Assembly: GCA_963761305.1 (NCBI GenBank)
Contig: CAVXGK010000002.1
Location: 1,088,001 to 1,152,000, forward strand
From: an uncultured Gemmatimonadaceae bacterium
GTDB taxonomy: Bacteria > Gemmatimonadota > Gemmatimonadetes > Gemmatimonadales > Gemmatimonadaceae
Length of the DNA: 64,000 nt
Reading direction: 5' to 3'
In this document: positions 30,332 to 41,983 of the stretch, piece by piece
How positions within the stretch are numbered: position 1 is the first letter of the stretch
How the letters are laid out: each line of letters begins with the position of its first letter
The notes under the pieces: model-generated
Databases searched by the model: none
Told to the model about the DNA's origin: nothing
Seen by the model: only the letters and a program-made list of their open reading frames with translations
Program-made: the position numbers and the translations under genes

Positions 30332-32129
30332 CTGACTCACACAACAGCAATTTTGGACGAACCCGGGAACGCGAGGTGGTACGAACGCCTCATTACGCTC
30401 GTTGAGGACGTTCGCCGGCGCGAGGATCGCCTAGCCCTCGCCCTCAGCCTTCTCATCGGCGCGCTCGTTGGACTCGTCGTCGTCGCGTTCATTCTGCTGA
30501 CGGGCCGTCTGGCGGCGCGCATGTTTCCGCCGGGCGGCGCCGCGGCCTGGCGCATCGTCATTCCGACGCTCGGCGCGCTCGGCACGGGATATCTCCTCTT
30601 TCGGTTCTTTCCCGAGGCCCGCGGCAGCGGCATTCCACAGACGCGCGCCGCCATCTTCATCAACGACGGCTACATCTCGCTGCGCACCGTCCTCGGCAAG
30701 TTCTTCTGCTGCTCGGCGTCGCTGGCGAGCGGCATCGCACTTGGACGCGAGGGCCCGTCGGTACACATCGGATCGGGCATTGCCTCCGTCATCGCGCGCC
30801 GGCTCGGCCTGAGCACGCCGCAAGTCCGCTGGCTGATCCCGGTAGGGGCCTCGGCTGCTCTTGCCGCCGCGTTCAACACCCCAATCGCCGCCGTGCTTTT
30901 CTCGCTCGAGGAAATCATGGGCGACATGCATGCGCCGATCCTCGGTTCCGTCGTCCTCAGCTCGACGACGTCGTGGATGGTGCTCCACCTCGTGCTCGGC
31001 GACGAACCGCTCTTTCACGTCGCCGCGTACCATCTTGTCGACCCGTCGGAGCTACTCGTCTACGTGGCCCTCGGTATTGTCGGTGGGCTCGGCTCAGTCG
31101 TGTTCGTGCGGCTCCTCCTCGAGCTCCGAAAAGCGTTCGCGCGCCTTCCGAAGTCGACGGTCTGGGTCCAACCGGTTGCCGGTGGACTCTGCATCGGGTC
31201 TGATCGGCTACTTCGTGCCGCAGGTGATGGGCGTCGGGTACGACCAAGTCGATCGCGCGCTGAGCGGAGACTTGGTGCTGCATGCGCTGATTCTGTTCGC
31301 CGCGCTCAAGATCATCGGGACTGCCATGTGCTACGCGTCGGGGAACGCGGGCGGCATTTTCGGTCCGAGCATGTTCATTGGCGCGATGATGGGCGGAGCC
31401 GTCGGACAGGTCGCGCATAGCCTTTTGCCGGCGACGACGGCCGGTCCCGGCGCGTACGCGCTCGTCGGTATGGGCACCGCGTTCGCCGGGATCATCCGCA
31501 CGCCGTTGACGTCGGTGATCATGATCTTCGAGGTCACCCGGAACTACACGATCATCGTTCCGCTGATGATCTCGAACCTGCTGGCGTTCTACATCTCGCA
31601 GAAATTCCAGCGCGAGCCGATCTACGAGGCCCTGTCTCGCCAGGACGGACTGCATCTGCCGAGCGGTGAGTTTCGCACGATGTCGCGACAGCTGCGGGTG
31701 AGCGCGGCGACAACGACGGCGCCACCAGCACTCGCCCCCGCCTTGTCGATCGACGAAGCGCGCCGTCGCATCGGCGGCTCGACGCTTGGATCATGGCCGG
31801 TCGCTGACGACGTCGGACTTCTGGGAATGGTTCGAACGTCGGACGTCGTTGCTGCGGCCTCCGACGGTCGAGGATCCGTGCCGGTGCGAGAGCTCCTCGA
31901 CGCGATCACCACCGCGGAACATGGCGGTCTTCCGCACGTCCACGGCGATCATCCACTGGGCCTCGCGCTCGCGCGGATGGGATCGACGCGCCACACCGTG
32001 CTGCCCGTCGTGAGCCGAGCCAACGTTCGTACGATGCTTGGAGTCGTCACGCTGCCGGACATTCTCCATGTCTATGGCGTGGAGCGTGTCGACGAGGTTC
32101 CGGATCTCCCGCGCCGTGTCGACGACTGA
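30332..32129 (+). CDS. ClC chloride channel/antiporter with CBS pair (frameshift near 31195; start uncertain)
   Basis: GSGIP, GREGP and GIFGP motifs; C-terminal CBS-like segments. Confidence 0.9.
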
Positions 32130-33255
32130 TACCGGCATCCGCGCGACCACGCAGCTCCGCGTTGCGAACGTGTCCATTTTCATGGGCACGATTGCGGGCA
32201 TCGTCACGTTGATCGGGTTGCTCCTGTCGTTCGACCTATTTCTGGCACACCTCGATCAACGCGAATCCGCAGCGCGCGCCAGCGCCGAGTACGAGATCGG
32301 TGTCTCGACCCTGCGTGCGGGACGTCCATCGGACGCGGCAGATCATTTTGGGACGGCCGTGAGCATTGATCGATCGAACGTCAACTACGCGCTCGCGCTC
32401 GGCGAGGCGATGTTGCAGGAGGGACGGACCGCGGACGCCGAGGCGACGCTACGTGCCTTGCTCGCGCGCGCGGAAAACGATGGCGCCGTAAACCTGACCA
32501 TGGCGCACGTGATGCTCCGTGAGGGGCGCACGGAGGACACGAAGGCGTATCTGCACCGTGCGATCTTCGGGCGTTGGGGCGCGGATTCGGTCGAACGCCG
32601 CAACCAGGCGCGGTTCGAGCTGATCGATCTGCTCGCTGCCCGCGGCACGCCGAGGGAGCTACTGGCCGAGCTGTTGCCTTTCGAGGACGTGTCGACTGAC
32701 AGCGTTGCGCTGCGCCGCCGGCTGGGCAAACTGTTCATTCTCGCCGGGTCGCCCGCGCGCAGCGCGGCGATGTTTCGCGAAGTGCTCAAGCGCGATCCGG
32801 CCGACGGCGAAGCATACGCGGGCCTCGCCGAAGCGGCGATCGCGACGGGCAATTTGCGAACCGCGCGCGCGGACTTGGCCGAAGCGGTGCAATTGCGCCC
32901 CGGCGACGCGAAAACGCTGGGCCGCCTCGGGTTGGTGGACACGATGCTTGCCCTCGACCCTACAGCACGGGGCATCGACGCCAGCGAGCGGCTATCGAGG
33001 AGTCACGCGCTGCTCGCGCGGACGGTCTCTGTGGTGGCGTCGTGCGCCGGTGCTCCCGCGGCAGCGCTGGATACGGCGAGAGCGCTATTGTCACCGCCCA
33101 TCCGGCGTGCCGTTCAGCAGCGCGAGAATTCAGACGCCGATGCCGATCGTCTGATGCAGGCTGTTGCCGACGTGTGGGCGACTCGTACCCCGGCCTGCGA
33201 TGCGGCGGCACATGACGACGTCCTGCGGGTCCTTGTTGCCCGGATAAATCAATGA
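32116..33255 (+). CDS. Membrane-anchored TPR protein
   Basis: N-terminal TM helix and multiple TPR-like repeats; overlaps both neighbours. Confidence 0.8.
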   Translation: MSTTDTGIRATTQLRVANVSIFMGTIAGIVTLIGLLLSFDLFLAHLDQRESAARASAEYEIGVSTLRAGRPSDAADHFGTAVSIDRSNVNYALALGEAMLQEGRTADAEATLRALLARAENDGAVNLTMAHVMLREGRTEDTKAYLHRAIFGRWGADSVERRNQARFELIDLLAARGTPRELLAELLPFEDVSTDSVALRRRLGKLFILAGSPARSAAMFREVLKRDPADGEAYAGLAEAAIATGNLRTARADLAEAVQLRPGDAKTLGRLGLVDTMLALDPTARGIDASERLSRSHALLARTVSVVASCAGAPAAALDTARALLSPPIRRAVQQRENSDADADRLMQAVADVWATRTPACDAAAHDDVLRVLVARINQ

Positions 33256-33803
33256 CAAAGTCACGCGTCGGCCCCCGCCCGAAATCGGACATCGTACATG
33301 CAGTCGATGCGTTCCGGCGCATCCTGCGCGAGTTGCGCGTCGTCGCACGCCGCACGGAGCGCGCGACTGGGTTGAGCGCCGCCCAGATCTTCGTGCTGTC
33401 GGCGGTCGGTGAGGCACCTGGGTGTTCGATCAACGACCTCGCGACGGCGACGATGACGGACCGCAGCTCGGTGGCGACAATCGTGGATCGGCTCGTCGAC
33501 ACGGGGCACGTAAGGCGCGAGGCGTCGGGCGACGATCGGCGCCGCGCGTCGATCGCCCTCACCCCGCGCGGGCGGCGGGCGGTCGGCACGGCCGAGTCAC
33601 CGGCGCCGACCGCACTGCTCATTCAGGGACTTGAGAAGTTGTCCCCGGCACGGCTTCGTGAATTGGCCCATGGACTCGCGGCGCTGACGACGGGAATGGG
33701 GATCGCAGATCAACCGGCGGCGATGCTGTTCGAAGATGCCCACCGCGAACCGCGGTCGCGCCGCGTCGCGACTCACGGTAGAGAGAGGCGAGTGTCCGCG
33801 TAA
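33252..33803 (+). CDS. MarR-family regulator
   Basis: GLSAAQIFVL, DRSSV..VDRL, DDRRR..LTPRG. Confidence 0.9.
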   Translation: MTKSRVGPRPKSDIVHAVDAFRRILRELRVVARRTERATGLSAAQIFVLSAVGEAPGCSINDLATATMTDRSSVATIVDRLVDTGHVRREASGDDRRRASIALTPRGRRAVGTAESPAPTALLIQGLEKLSPARLRELAHGLAALTTGMGIADQPAAMLFEDAHREPRSRRVATHGRERRVSA

Positions 33804-33830
33804 AACGCGAGCGGCACGGACGCGTTTCGG

Positions 33831-35811
33831 TCATCGCGCCAGGCTCCGAACGGTCGCCGCGAGCGTCCGCACCTTCGCCGCGTCGCGCGAGCCGCCGGCG
33901 TCACCGTCCAGTTGACTGGCGAGCTGTGACAGCGCGCTGCTGCGCGCCGACCCCGAGGCGCTCTCCGCGCTCGACAGCGCCTGACGAATCGCCGAGATGC
34001 GTGGCTCGCCGAGACCCTTCGATCGGTCGAGCTGGTCCACGTACGCGCGGGCGAGGGCAAAGCTCGGTGCCCACGTATACCTCGGCTGCCCCTGGACGTT
34101 GAGATAATCCAGGTGCGCGGTCTTGGCCGCGTCGAGCTCGTTCTGGGTCAGCAACGGGTTCGGCAGCAGCTCGAAGACATCCAGCCCGCGCGCAATCTCG
34201 GAGCTGACGATCACGCCGTTGTACCAGTACGACGACCACGCGCCGCCTTCGACCATCCGGCTGGGGTCGATCGGGCCGCGATCGAAGAACGCGATTTCCG
34301 CCGCATGCGCCGGATCGGTGAAATCGAACACCGACGTGCCGCCCTGGTACCACGCCTGCACCATGATGTCTCGGCCGGGCACCGGAATGAGAGAGCCGTT
34401 GTGCGCGACGCAGTTTTCCTGCCGAGGTCTGTGGCGCGGACAGCTTGTAGTAGCCCTGAAAGACAAGCTTGTTGTTCACGATATTGAAGATCGCGTCGGC
34501 GCCCCAATCGCGCGGATCGCTGGCGCGGCATTTCGGTGCGCTGCCTCCGCCCCATTCGTCGCTGAACAGCAGCTTGGTGCCGTCGTTGTTGAACGTCGCC
34601 GAATGCCAGTAGGAGAAATTCGAGTCGGATGCGGCGTCCAGGCGGACCGGATGCGCGGGGTCGTGGATGTCGAGCAGCATTCCGTAACCCTCGCACGCGC
34701 CACCCGCGTATCCGATCGCCGGATACACGGTGATGTCGTGGCATTGCGTCGGACCGCGGTCGGCGCCGGCGCTCATACCGAACTGCTTCAACAACATGGT
34801 CGGCAGCGCGGCGCGCAGCGCGGCCGAGTCGGCGCCCGTCACCGCGCCGCCGCCGTGGTTGGTCCTGGCCGTGCTGTCCAGGAGCGGCTGCACCATCGCC
34901 CCCGGCAGCTCCATGTTGATGCCGATTACGCTGACCGGAAATTTGCCCTGCGCGATCGACGCCTTTTGCTCCTCGATGTCGCCTTGCGCCAGCCCGTGAT
35001 GCGCGGGCGCGGTGAGATCGTTGAAGATTCTCGGGCTGCTCACGACCGACGCCTGCTCCGGGTGCGCCAACGGCACCTTGATCACCTCGATGCGGAACAG
35101 CGCGGAATTCGGATCGCTCTCGGGAAGCTTGTTGCTGCACCCCGCGAGCTCCGCGGCCGGTCGAATGCCCGACGACCCGGATATATAGATGTAGACGTTG
35201 TTGGGGTCCTTGGGGTCCACGACCAGCGTGTGCGTGTGCGATCCGCGGCACGTCTGGACACTCGCGATGTACTTGGGGTTGTCCAGGTCGCTGATGTCGA
35301 AGATGCGCAGCCCGCGAATTCGCTCGTTGCTCACCGGCTCCTGGATGCCGCCCGCCTTGCAGTCGATGCGGCCCGACTCCGACTCGGCGGACATGAACAG
35401 AAGGTTCTTGTAGACCGAGACGTCATTCTGCGACGCCGGGCAGAAATACCCTTTGCGCACCGTCGGGTGGCTCGGGTTCGCCAGATCCCAGACCAGCCAG
35501 CCGTTGAAGGTTCCTTGCAGCGCGTAGCCGCCGAAGAAACCGAGGTCCGAGTTGACGCCCTTGAACTGGTCGGGCGTCGGCGTGTTCGACAGCAGCCGCA
35601 TGTTCCAGGTTGCCTGACCGGCGTCGGTCATCCCCGCCTTGAGGCCGACGCGAGGATCCGGATTCGGCGCCTCCGCTTTGGCCATCGGCTCGATGTTGAA
35701 CGACCCCGCTTGCTGCGCGGGCGCGCCGGCGAGCGAGACAGCGGTACCGTGCGAGCAAGCGCCGAGCAGGGCCGCCGCGGAAATCAGGAAGGCGAGACGA
35801 AGTGATGGCAT
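33831..35811 (-). CDS. LVIVD-repeat lipoprotein (frameshift near 34430)
   Basis: Lipobox LGAC; RGSHTHT, QCHDITV, WHSATF, DEWGGG, ENCVAHNG, QAWYQGG. Confidence 0.85.
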
Positions 35812-35825
35812 GCGAGACTCGGTAG

Positions 35826-36488
35826 TTACCGCGGAGGGTTGTGAGATTCGATGGACTCGACCAACAACATCTGCTGCATACGATGAATCTCCGTGCTTTG
35901 ATCCACGTTCACGTTGTTGGCGAACTTGAAGACGGCGTCGTCCTGCCCCGCTCCCGGCGAGGCAAAGAGCTGCTGGACCATGGTGATCGCGCCTTGATGA
36001 TGCTGGATCATCCCGCGCAAAAAGAGCGTGTCGAAGGTGACGCCGCGCGCGGCGTCGAGCGCCTTCATCTGATCGTCGCTCAACATGCCGGGCATGAGCA
36101 TCTCCATCTCCTGACCGTTCATCATCATCTTCATGGGCAGCGGCTTTGCCTCGGGCACCGGCCGGTCGCGATCGCGCAGCCAGTTCTGCATCAACGCGAT
36201 TTCGTCGTTCTGCGCGTTGATGATGCGGCCGCAGAGCGTCTGCACGGCGCGACCGGCACCGTGCGTCGGAGCCATCTTCGCCATGACAACGGCTTGGGCA
36301 TGATGCGAGATCATTCCCGTCATGAATTGCACGTCCGCCGGCGTATAAGGAAGGCGCGCGCTGTCCGCGCGAGCGCGGTCTCGGGCCGCCGAATCCGAAG
36401 TCGTGGCGCGCCCCGCGGCCTGTGCCATTCCAAGCGCAGCCCAGGTACTCAGCAGCACCATCGCGTATCGAAGGGACGCTAGGCGCAT
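35826..36488 (-). CDS. DUF305 ferritin-like secreted protein
   Basis: FMTGMISHHAQA and FLRGMIQHHQGA repeats; Met-rich loop. Confidence 0.9.
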   Translation of the reverse strand: MRLASLRYAMVLLSTWAALGMAQAAGRATTSDSAARDRARADSARLPYTPADVQFMTGMISHHAQAVVMAKMAPTHGAGRAVQTLCGRIINAQNDEIALMQNWLRDRDRPVPEAKPLPMKMMMNGQEMEMLMPGMLSDDQMKALDAARGVTFDTLFLRGMIQHHQGAITMVQQLFASPGAGQDDAVFKFANNVNVDQSTEIHRMQQMLLVESIESHNPPR

Positions 36489-36614
36489 CGCGTTGCGCGT
36501 GCGACGTGAAGGACGCCGTGAGCGGGCGTGGGTCGGTTCGCCATCTGGCTCCCGTGGCGTTGAACCGGTAGGTACGTGGCGGGGGAGCCGTCTGTCAAGA
36601 GTCGGAGCATCGAC

Positions 36615-38450
36615 TTAGCCGCTCGGCTGAAAACTTGACGCCGAGATGCCCTGATTCGATTGGAGGTCGTGCAGACGAGCGTACACCCCGCTCGCCGCGA
36701 GAAGCGTCGCATGCGTGCCGCGCTCACACACGCGACCGCGGTCGATCACGAAGATCTGATCCGCCTGCCGCACCGTCGTGAGGCTGTGCGCGATCATGAT
36801 CGTCGTCTTCCCGCGCATCAGCTGGTGAAGCGCATCGAGCACCAGCGCCTCCGACGACGCATCCAGTCCCGTCGTGGGCTCGTCGAGAACCAGGATCGGC
36901 GCGTTGCGAACGAGGGCCCGCGCGATGGCGATTCGCTGCTGCTGGCCGCCTGACAACGTGACGCCGCGCTCGCCGACCATCGTGTTGTAGCCGTCCGGAA
37001 GCTCACGAATGAACGGATCGGCGTGCGCCAACTCGGCGGCTTTCACGATCTCGCCGCGCGACGCCTCGGGCCTTCCGTACGCGATGTTCTGCCAGACCGG
37101 ACCGCGAAAGAGCAGCGTGTCCTGCAACACGAAGCTCATGCGTTCCCGCAGCGATTCCTGATAGAAGGACTGTACGTCGTCGCCGTCGATCAGCACGCGG
37201 CCCGACAGCGGGTCGTAGAACCGCGCGATGAGATTGATGAGCGTGGTCTTCCCTGCACCTGTCGGCCCGACCACCGCCGCGATCGAGCCGGCCGGGATCG
37301 TGAGGCTCACGTCGACGAGCGTGGGCCGGTCGGGCGCGTACCCGAACGTCACGCGATCGAGCTCGATCGCGCCGCGAAAGCGAGGCGCGCGCCGTGCTCC
37401 GGGCCGATCCCGAACCTCGAGCTCGACGGCGAGGAAGTTGTTGATCCGTTCGAACGCCACCAGCGCGCGCGAGTACGTGTCGGTCATCTTCGACAGCTCG
37501 CGAATCGGCTTGTACATCTTGCTCAAGTACAGCAGGAAGACGACGAGCGCGCCGGCGGTCAACCGGCCATCGAGGACGTGACGCGCCCCGAACCATAGGA
37601 CCGACGCGGCCCCCACGGCGACGATGATCTCGACGGCCGGCGCCAGCTTCGCTTTGGCGTCTCGCGCCCGGAGCGTGGACTCGACGATCCGTTCGCTTTG
37701 ATACTCGAACCGGCCGCGCTCGTGATCTTCCCGGCCGAACGCTTTCACGAGCCGCATCGATGACAGCACCTCGTGCATCGTCGACATGAGGTCCGCCTCC
37801 CGGCCGCGCACCTCGAGAGAGGTGCGCCTGATCCGGCGCGTGAGCGTGTAGACGACGACGCCGAGTGCCGGCAGGACGGCCAGCGCGATGAGCGTGAAGC
37901 GCCAGTCGAGATAGAGCATGAGGCCGCTCATGCCGATCAACAGCATCGCGTAGTACAGCGTGTCGAGAACACCCGACGTGATCGCGCTCTGGATCGCGTC
38001 GACATCCGCCGTTGCCGTGCTGATGACGTCGCCCGTCCGCTTCTTGTCGTGGAACGACATCGACAGGCGTTGGGCATGGGTGTAGATCCGCGATCGCAGC
38101 TCGTGCGTCACCCGCTGGCCCAAGGTCGTGACGCATTGCTTTTCGGCATAGCTGCCCACACCGCCGACGATCGCGATGAGCAGCACCATGGCCACGGCGA
38201 ATTCGAGAACGCCTAGGGCATTCGTCCCCAGCATCGCCGCGATCGCGCGCTCCAGCCATTGCGGCAGCGGCTTGGCGCGAAGCACCGTGTCGAGCACGAT
38301 CTTGATCGGCCACGGCTCGAGCAGGGCCGCACCCGTCTCGGCTCCGACAGCGACGAGGCCAAGGAGCAAGATGCCCCAGTGGCCGGACAGCAGGCCAAGG
38401 ACCGTGACCCGGTATGCTCTCCGATCCAGCGGCGACGAATTGTCGGCCAA
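36615..38450 (-). CDS. ABC exporter, fused permease and ATPase
   Basis: TM domain; GPTGAGKT, LSGGQ, LVLDE. Confidence 0.93.
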   Translation of the reverse strand: MADNSSPLDRRAYRVTVLGLLSGHWGILLLGLVAVGAETGAALLEPWPIKIVLDTVLRAKPLPQWLERAIAAMLGTNALGVLEFAVAMVLLIAIVGGVGSYAEKQCVTTLGQRVTHELRSRIYTHAQRLSMSFHDKKRTGDVISTATADVDAIQSAITSGVLDTLYYAMLLIGMSGLMLYLDWRFTLIALAVLPALGVVVYTLTRRIRRTSLEVRGREADLMSTMHEVLSSMRLVKAFGREDHERGRFEYQSERIVESTLRARDAKAKLAPAVEIIVAVGAASVLWFGARHVLDGRLTAGALVVFLLYLSKMYKPIRELSKMTDTYSRALVAFERINNFLAVELEVRDRPGARRAPRFRGAIELDRVTFGYAPDRPTLVDVSLTIPAGSIAAVVGPTGAGKTTLINLIARFYDPLSGRVLIDGDDVQSFYQESLRERMSFVLQDTLLFRGPVWQNIAYGRPEASRGEIVKAAELAHADPFIRELPDGYNTMVGERGVTLSGGQQQRIAIARALVRNAPILVLDEPTTGLDASSEALVLDALHQLMRGKTTIMIAHSLTTVRQADQIFVIDRGRVCERGTHATLLAASGVYARLHDLQSNQGISASSFQPSG

Positions 38451-38558
38451 CCTGTGTGCCTCGAGGGAGTTCTTAATTCTATAACGATGCGCTGGGCAGA
38501 AACTGGACTCACGGCGAAGGGAAACTGTAAGGAGATGTCGAGAAGCGGGTTGCGGTTG

Positions 38559-39395
38559 TTACTCCTCCGCGCTCCCCCCACGATGGAACCATCCCCAGAC
38601 TGTTTGCTTCAGCCGGACAAGCGGCGGATCCGGCAACAGCTCCGGAGCCGGCGCACTCGCGTTGCCCTTCGGCACCACCATGACGAGCATCTCCCCATCC
38701 GTATCAAACCGATCCCCTTCGGCGTTGTGCCCATCGACCCGCAGCCCATACCCACTGACGTGAAACGCCGTCGCGACCTGCCCTACTCTCGAGAGATCCG
38801 CCTCCACTCGATCGCGCTCCTGATCGATGTCCGGATCGATATGATGGGTCGGATGCAACCCTCGGCGACTGAGGCCGGCGCGGGTGTCGAACGACGCTCC
38901 GCCGATCCACACGGGCCGCCCGTCGTACGCAATGCCGTCGGCGCGCCAAAGGCGAACGTGATGGCGGCGTCTCGCGCTCTTTCCTGCCTCGCGCTCGAAC
39001 GCGTGGTCCTGTTGTCGGCCGAACAGGTAGAGCGGGCTCACCGGCGCTGTCGAATCGGGACGGCCAAGCAACACGCTCTTGGCGATTCCGATGCTGCTGG
39101 CGCGCGTCACCGGCTGCGCCTCGACCCAGCCGGCCCGCTGAAACGCCACGACGAGCTCTGAGTCTGAACCGGCGACGATCGCGACGTTGATCGGATCTCC
39201 CTCGATGTTCCGCGCATTGCGGCTGCGCTTCGGAACGCTCTCTAGCGCTGGGAAGCGCTCGAAGTGAGTGAACAGCACCGGGCCCATGACGTGCGTCGCC
39301 AGCGTCACCACACCGACAACGGCGAGCACTACAACCAACGAGGCTATGAACAACACGGTCGGCCAGCGACTGCGCTCGCTCGCCCCGGCACTCAT
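38559..39395 (-). CDS. LssY C-terminal domain protein
   Basis: GDPINV, APVSPLYLFGR, RHHVRLW, THHIDPDIDQERD. Confidence 0.85.
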   Translation of the reverse strand: MSAGASERSRWPTVLFIASLVVVLAVVGVVTLATHVMGPVLFTHFERFPALESVPKRSRNARNIEGDPINVAIVAGSDSELVVAFQRAGWVEAQPVTRASSIGIAKSVLLGRPDSTAPVSPLYLFGRQQDHAFEREAGKSARRRHHVRLWRADGIAYDGRPVWIGGASFDTRAGLSRRGLHPTHHIDPDIDQERDRVEADLSRVGQVATAFHVSGYGLRVDGHNAEGDRFDTDGEMLVMVVPKGNASAPAPELLPDPPLVRLKQTVWGWFHRGGSAEE

Positions 39396-41833
39396 CGGCC
39401 GAGATCCAACCCAATCCGAAATCGCCCGGTGGGGTAGTTCGACAACTGCCAGGCAAAGCGCAGCGCGAGATTGATCGGCGACATGAACGGCGTCAGGTTG
39501 CCCACGGTGAAACCAGCCTCGCGATATGGGCTCGTCGCGACGTGCACCGTCGTCGGAATCACCGTGAGGCCGCCGAGCGTGTCGAGCGGCGTCGAGCCAA
39601 AACTCGTCCAGAACACGGCCGCTCGCACGGACAGCGTGAATGGAATGTCGCGCACCAGCGGCACGTGACTTCTTGTGAACAGGAGGCGGTCGAAATTGTG
39701 CTCGACCGCGAGCATCGCAGCCCGCGATCCGGCGAAGTTGGAATCGGTGAGCGTGGTGAACGGCGATGCTTGAGTCTCCAACACCCGCGCGCCGCCGTCC
39801 ACCGTGAAATAGCGCTGCGGGGGAAGGCCCGCCGTACCGATTCCGCCGACGGCCATGAACGTCGTCACGCCCATGCCGAAACTCTGCTGGCGGTGCTCGA
39901 CGCGAAGCGTGTAGCGGCGATAGTCGAAGTCACTCGCCAACACGTTGGGGCTCGAGACCTCCGCATCTATGGCAACGCGCGTCCATTCCGCGGCACCGAG
40001 CCGCGTGTCGCCCCCGCCTCCGGGCTGGTGGAGCATCGGCCGCGAATCATAGCTCACGCCCGCCGAGACCGACCGCAGCAATCCATCGGCGATCGGATCG
40101 TTGGGTCGGATCGGCGGCTGGTCGGGGCGGTTGGACCGGCCGAAGAGCGGGCCGCTGACGACGTCGGCGAGCGACGTTTGCCGCCCATCGGTGTAGGCCG
40201 CGTTGAACTGCGTCAGGTTGAACAACTTCGCGGTGAGCGTCGCGACGAGACCGCGTTCACGGTAGTAGTCGAGCGGGTCGATCCGTGAAAACAACGCGCG
40301 GGTCGTCGCGTTGTATCCCGGCGAGGTGAGCGTCGGACGGCTGAGCGTCTCGTCGTGGTACGTCGCACCGAGCCAGACTCGCCGCCCTTCGTTGAGTCGG
40401 ACTTGATCGCCGATGCGGTACTGCCATACGTCGCTCCCGGTGGCGCGCCCGAACTTCGCCGTCGGAATCATCCCGGGCCAATCGTGCCAACTCCAACCGG
40501 CCCCGACGTACACGCCGTCGACGCGATTGTAATGAAAGAAATCTGGATTGTTGAGCGCCTCCGCCGTCGCCGTCGCGGTCCCCACGACTCGGCGCCGGAA
40601 CGTCGGCGGCGCTTGGGCGATCGAATCGATTCGGCTCCACGCGGCGGCTTCGGCCGCCGACATTGGCAACTCCGGCGCCGACGCCCAAGCCGGGTTCTCC
40701 CGACGATCGGCATTGTCGTCGACGATCACTCTGTACTCGCCCAATCCCGCCGGGCGACGCCCCTCGTCGAACCGAAAACCGGACAAGGCCGCGATGTGCT
40801 GCACCGACAACCGCGTCGGCACTCCGGGGATTGGAATCCGGAGCTGAAGGTCCGCGGTCAGCTCGATCGAGTAGGGCATCCATTTTCCCTGCCCCACGTC
40901 CTTGAATTGCTGCCGGTATCGTACGTTGCGGAGAAAACCGAGGCGGACGGCGTCGTTCACAGCGACGTCCAACCCCGTGACGTCGAACGTCGAGTCGGCG
41001 ATGTCGATGACGCCGGCGAACGCCGGCGATCCGTCGGGCTTCGGTTCAAGCGACAGCCGAATCACGGACAACCCATCGGCGGAGAGAGTGTCGAGTATTC
41101 GATAGTCGTAATGCTCGAGCGCGTCATCGGCGAGCGGCGACACGATCTCGTACCGGCCCAACTGGATGCGATCGCGATTGAAATTCACGATTTCGCCCAC
41201 CGACACGAGATTGCGTTGCGCGTCGAGGTTGCCGGTCTGCCGCCGCGCGAGAATCGTCTCCTGGTAGCGGTCCGGTCGCTCCCAATACGCCGACGTTCGC
41301 GATTCGGTGATGAGAAGGATCGACGACGCGGAGTCGGCCGGCTTCTTGAGGTCGCGCACCACGAACCGCACGCTCGCGTCGTAGCTGTAGTCGTGCGCCT
41401 GCCCGCGCAGACCCTTGCGCGCAATGGCCGCGGCGATGATGCGACGCGCCGCGTCGTCGTCCGGCGAGACCACGACGGGCGCCAATCGTTTCGCGATCGG
41501 CGCGAGCGAGACGTTTCGCAGCAATCCCTCCGCCGCGGCCGGGAGCGTCACGACGAGCGACGCCGGACGATAGCCGATTCGCCGGAACTCCAGGCGATGA
41601 GTGCCCGGCGCGAGCTCGAGGCGGTAATGCCCATCGTCATCCGTGAGGCTCGACGCGCTGCTTTCGAGATCCCGCACGGCCACGATCCGAACAGCGGCAC
41701 CGGTGAGGCTGTCCGTCACCGTACCGAAGACGGGCGCTGACGAAGGCGGCGACGACTGCGCGCCGAGCGCGCCGGAGGCCAGGACCGACGAAGCAAGCCA
41801 CCTCAGCGATGCCCGGCGCGACAAAATACTCAC
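39392..41833 (-). CDS. Outer-membrane protein with carboxypeptidase-regulatory-like N-terminus (DUF5686-like)
   Basis: Signal peptide, TDDDGHYRL..RRIGY, SPLA..Y.Y, YNRVDG, beta-barrel-like C-terminus. Confidence 0.75.
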   Translation of the reverse strand: MSILSRRASLRWLASSVLASGALGAQSSPPSSAPVFGTVTDSLTGAAVRIVAVRDLESSASSLTDDDGHYRLELAPGTHRLEFRRIGYRPASLVVTLPAAAEGLLRNVSLAPIAKRLAPVVVSPDDDAARRIIAAAIARKGLRGQAHDYSYDASVRFVVRDLKKPADSASSILLITESRTSAYWERPDRYQETILARRQTGNLDAQRNLVSVGEIVNFNRDRIQLGRYEIVSPLADDALEHYDYRILDTLSADGLSVIRLSLEPKPDGSPAFAGVIDIADSTFDVTGLDVAVNDAVRLGFLRNVRYRQQFKDVGQGKWMPYSIELTADLQLRIPIPGVPTRLSVQHIAALSGFRFDEGRRPAGLGEYRVIVDDNADRRENPAWASAPELPMSAAEAAAWSRIDSIAQAPPTFRRRVVGTATATAEALNNPDFFHYNRVDGVYVGAGWSWHDWPGMIPTAKFGRATGSDVWQYRIGDQVRLNEGRRVWLGATYHDETLSRPTLTSPGYNATTRALFSRIDPLDYYRERGLVATLTAKLFNLTQFNAAYTDGRQTSLADVVSGPLFGRSNRPDQPPIRPNDPIADGLLRSVSAGVSYDSRPMLHQPGGGGDTRLGAAEWTRVAIDAEVSSPNVLASDFDYRRYTLRVEHRQQSFGMGVTTFMAVGGIGTAGLPPQRYFTVDGGARVLETQASPFTTLTDSNFAGSRAAMLAVEHNFDRLLFTRSHVPLVRDIPFTLSVRAAVFWTSFGSTPLDTLGGLTVIPTTVHVATSPYREAGFTVGNLTPFMSPINLALRFAWQLSNYPTGRFRIGLDLGR

Positions 41834-41983
41834 ATCCGACGAACTAACCCTGGTGAGGACCGACGGACAGGGTCACCATGATTTCTAGACGGTACCTGAT
41901 CAAGGGCGTTGCGGGCCGCATCCTAGACCGTTTTTCGGGTTCGTGCATGTACCGGGAATGCGACGGTCCAGCTCGTTCATGGG

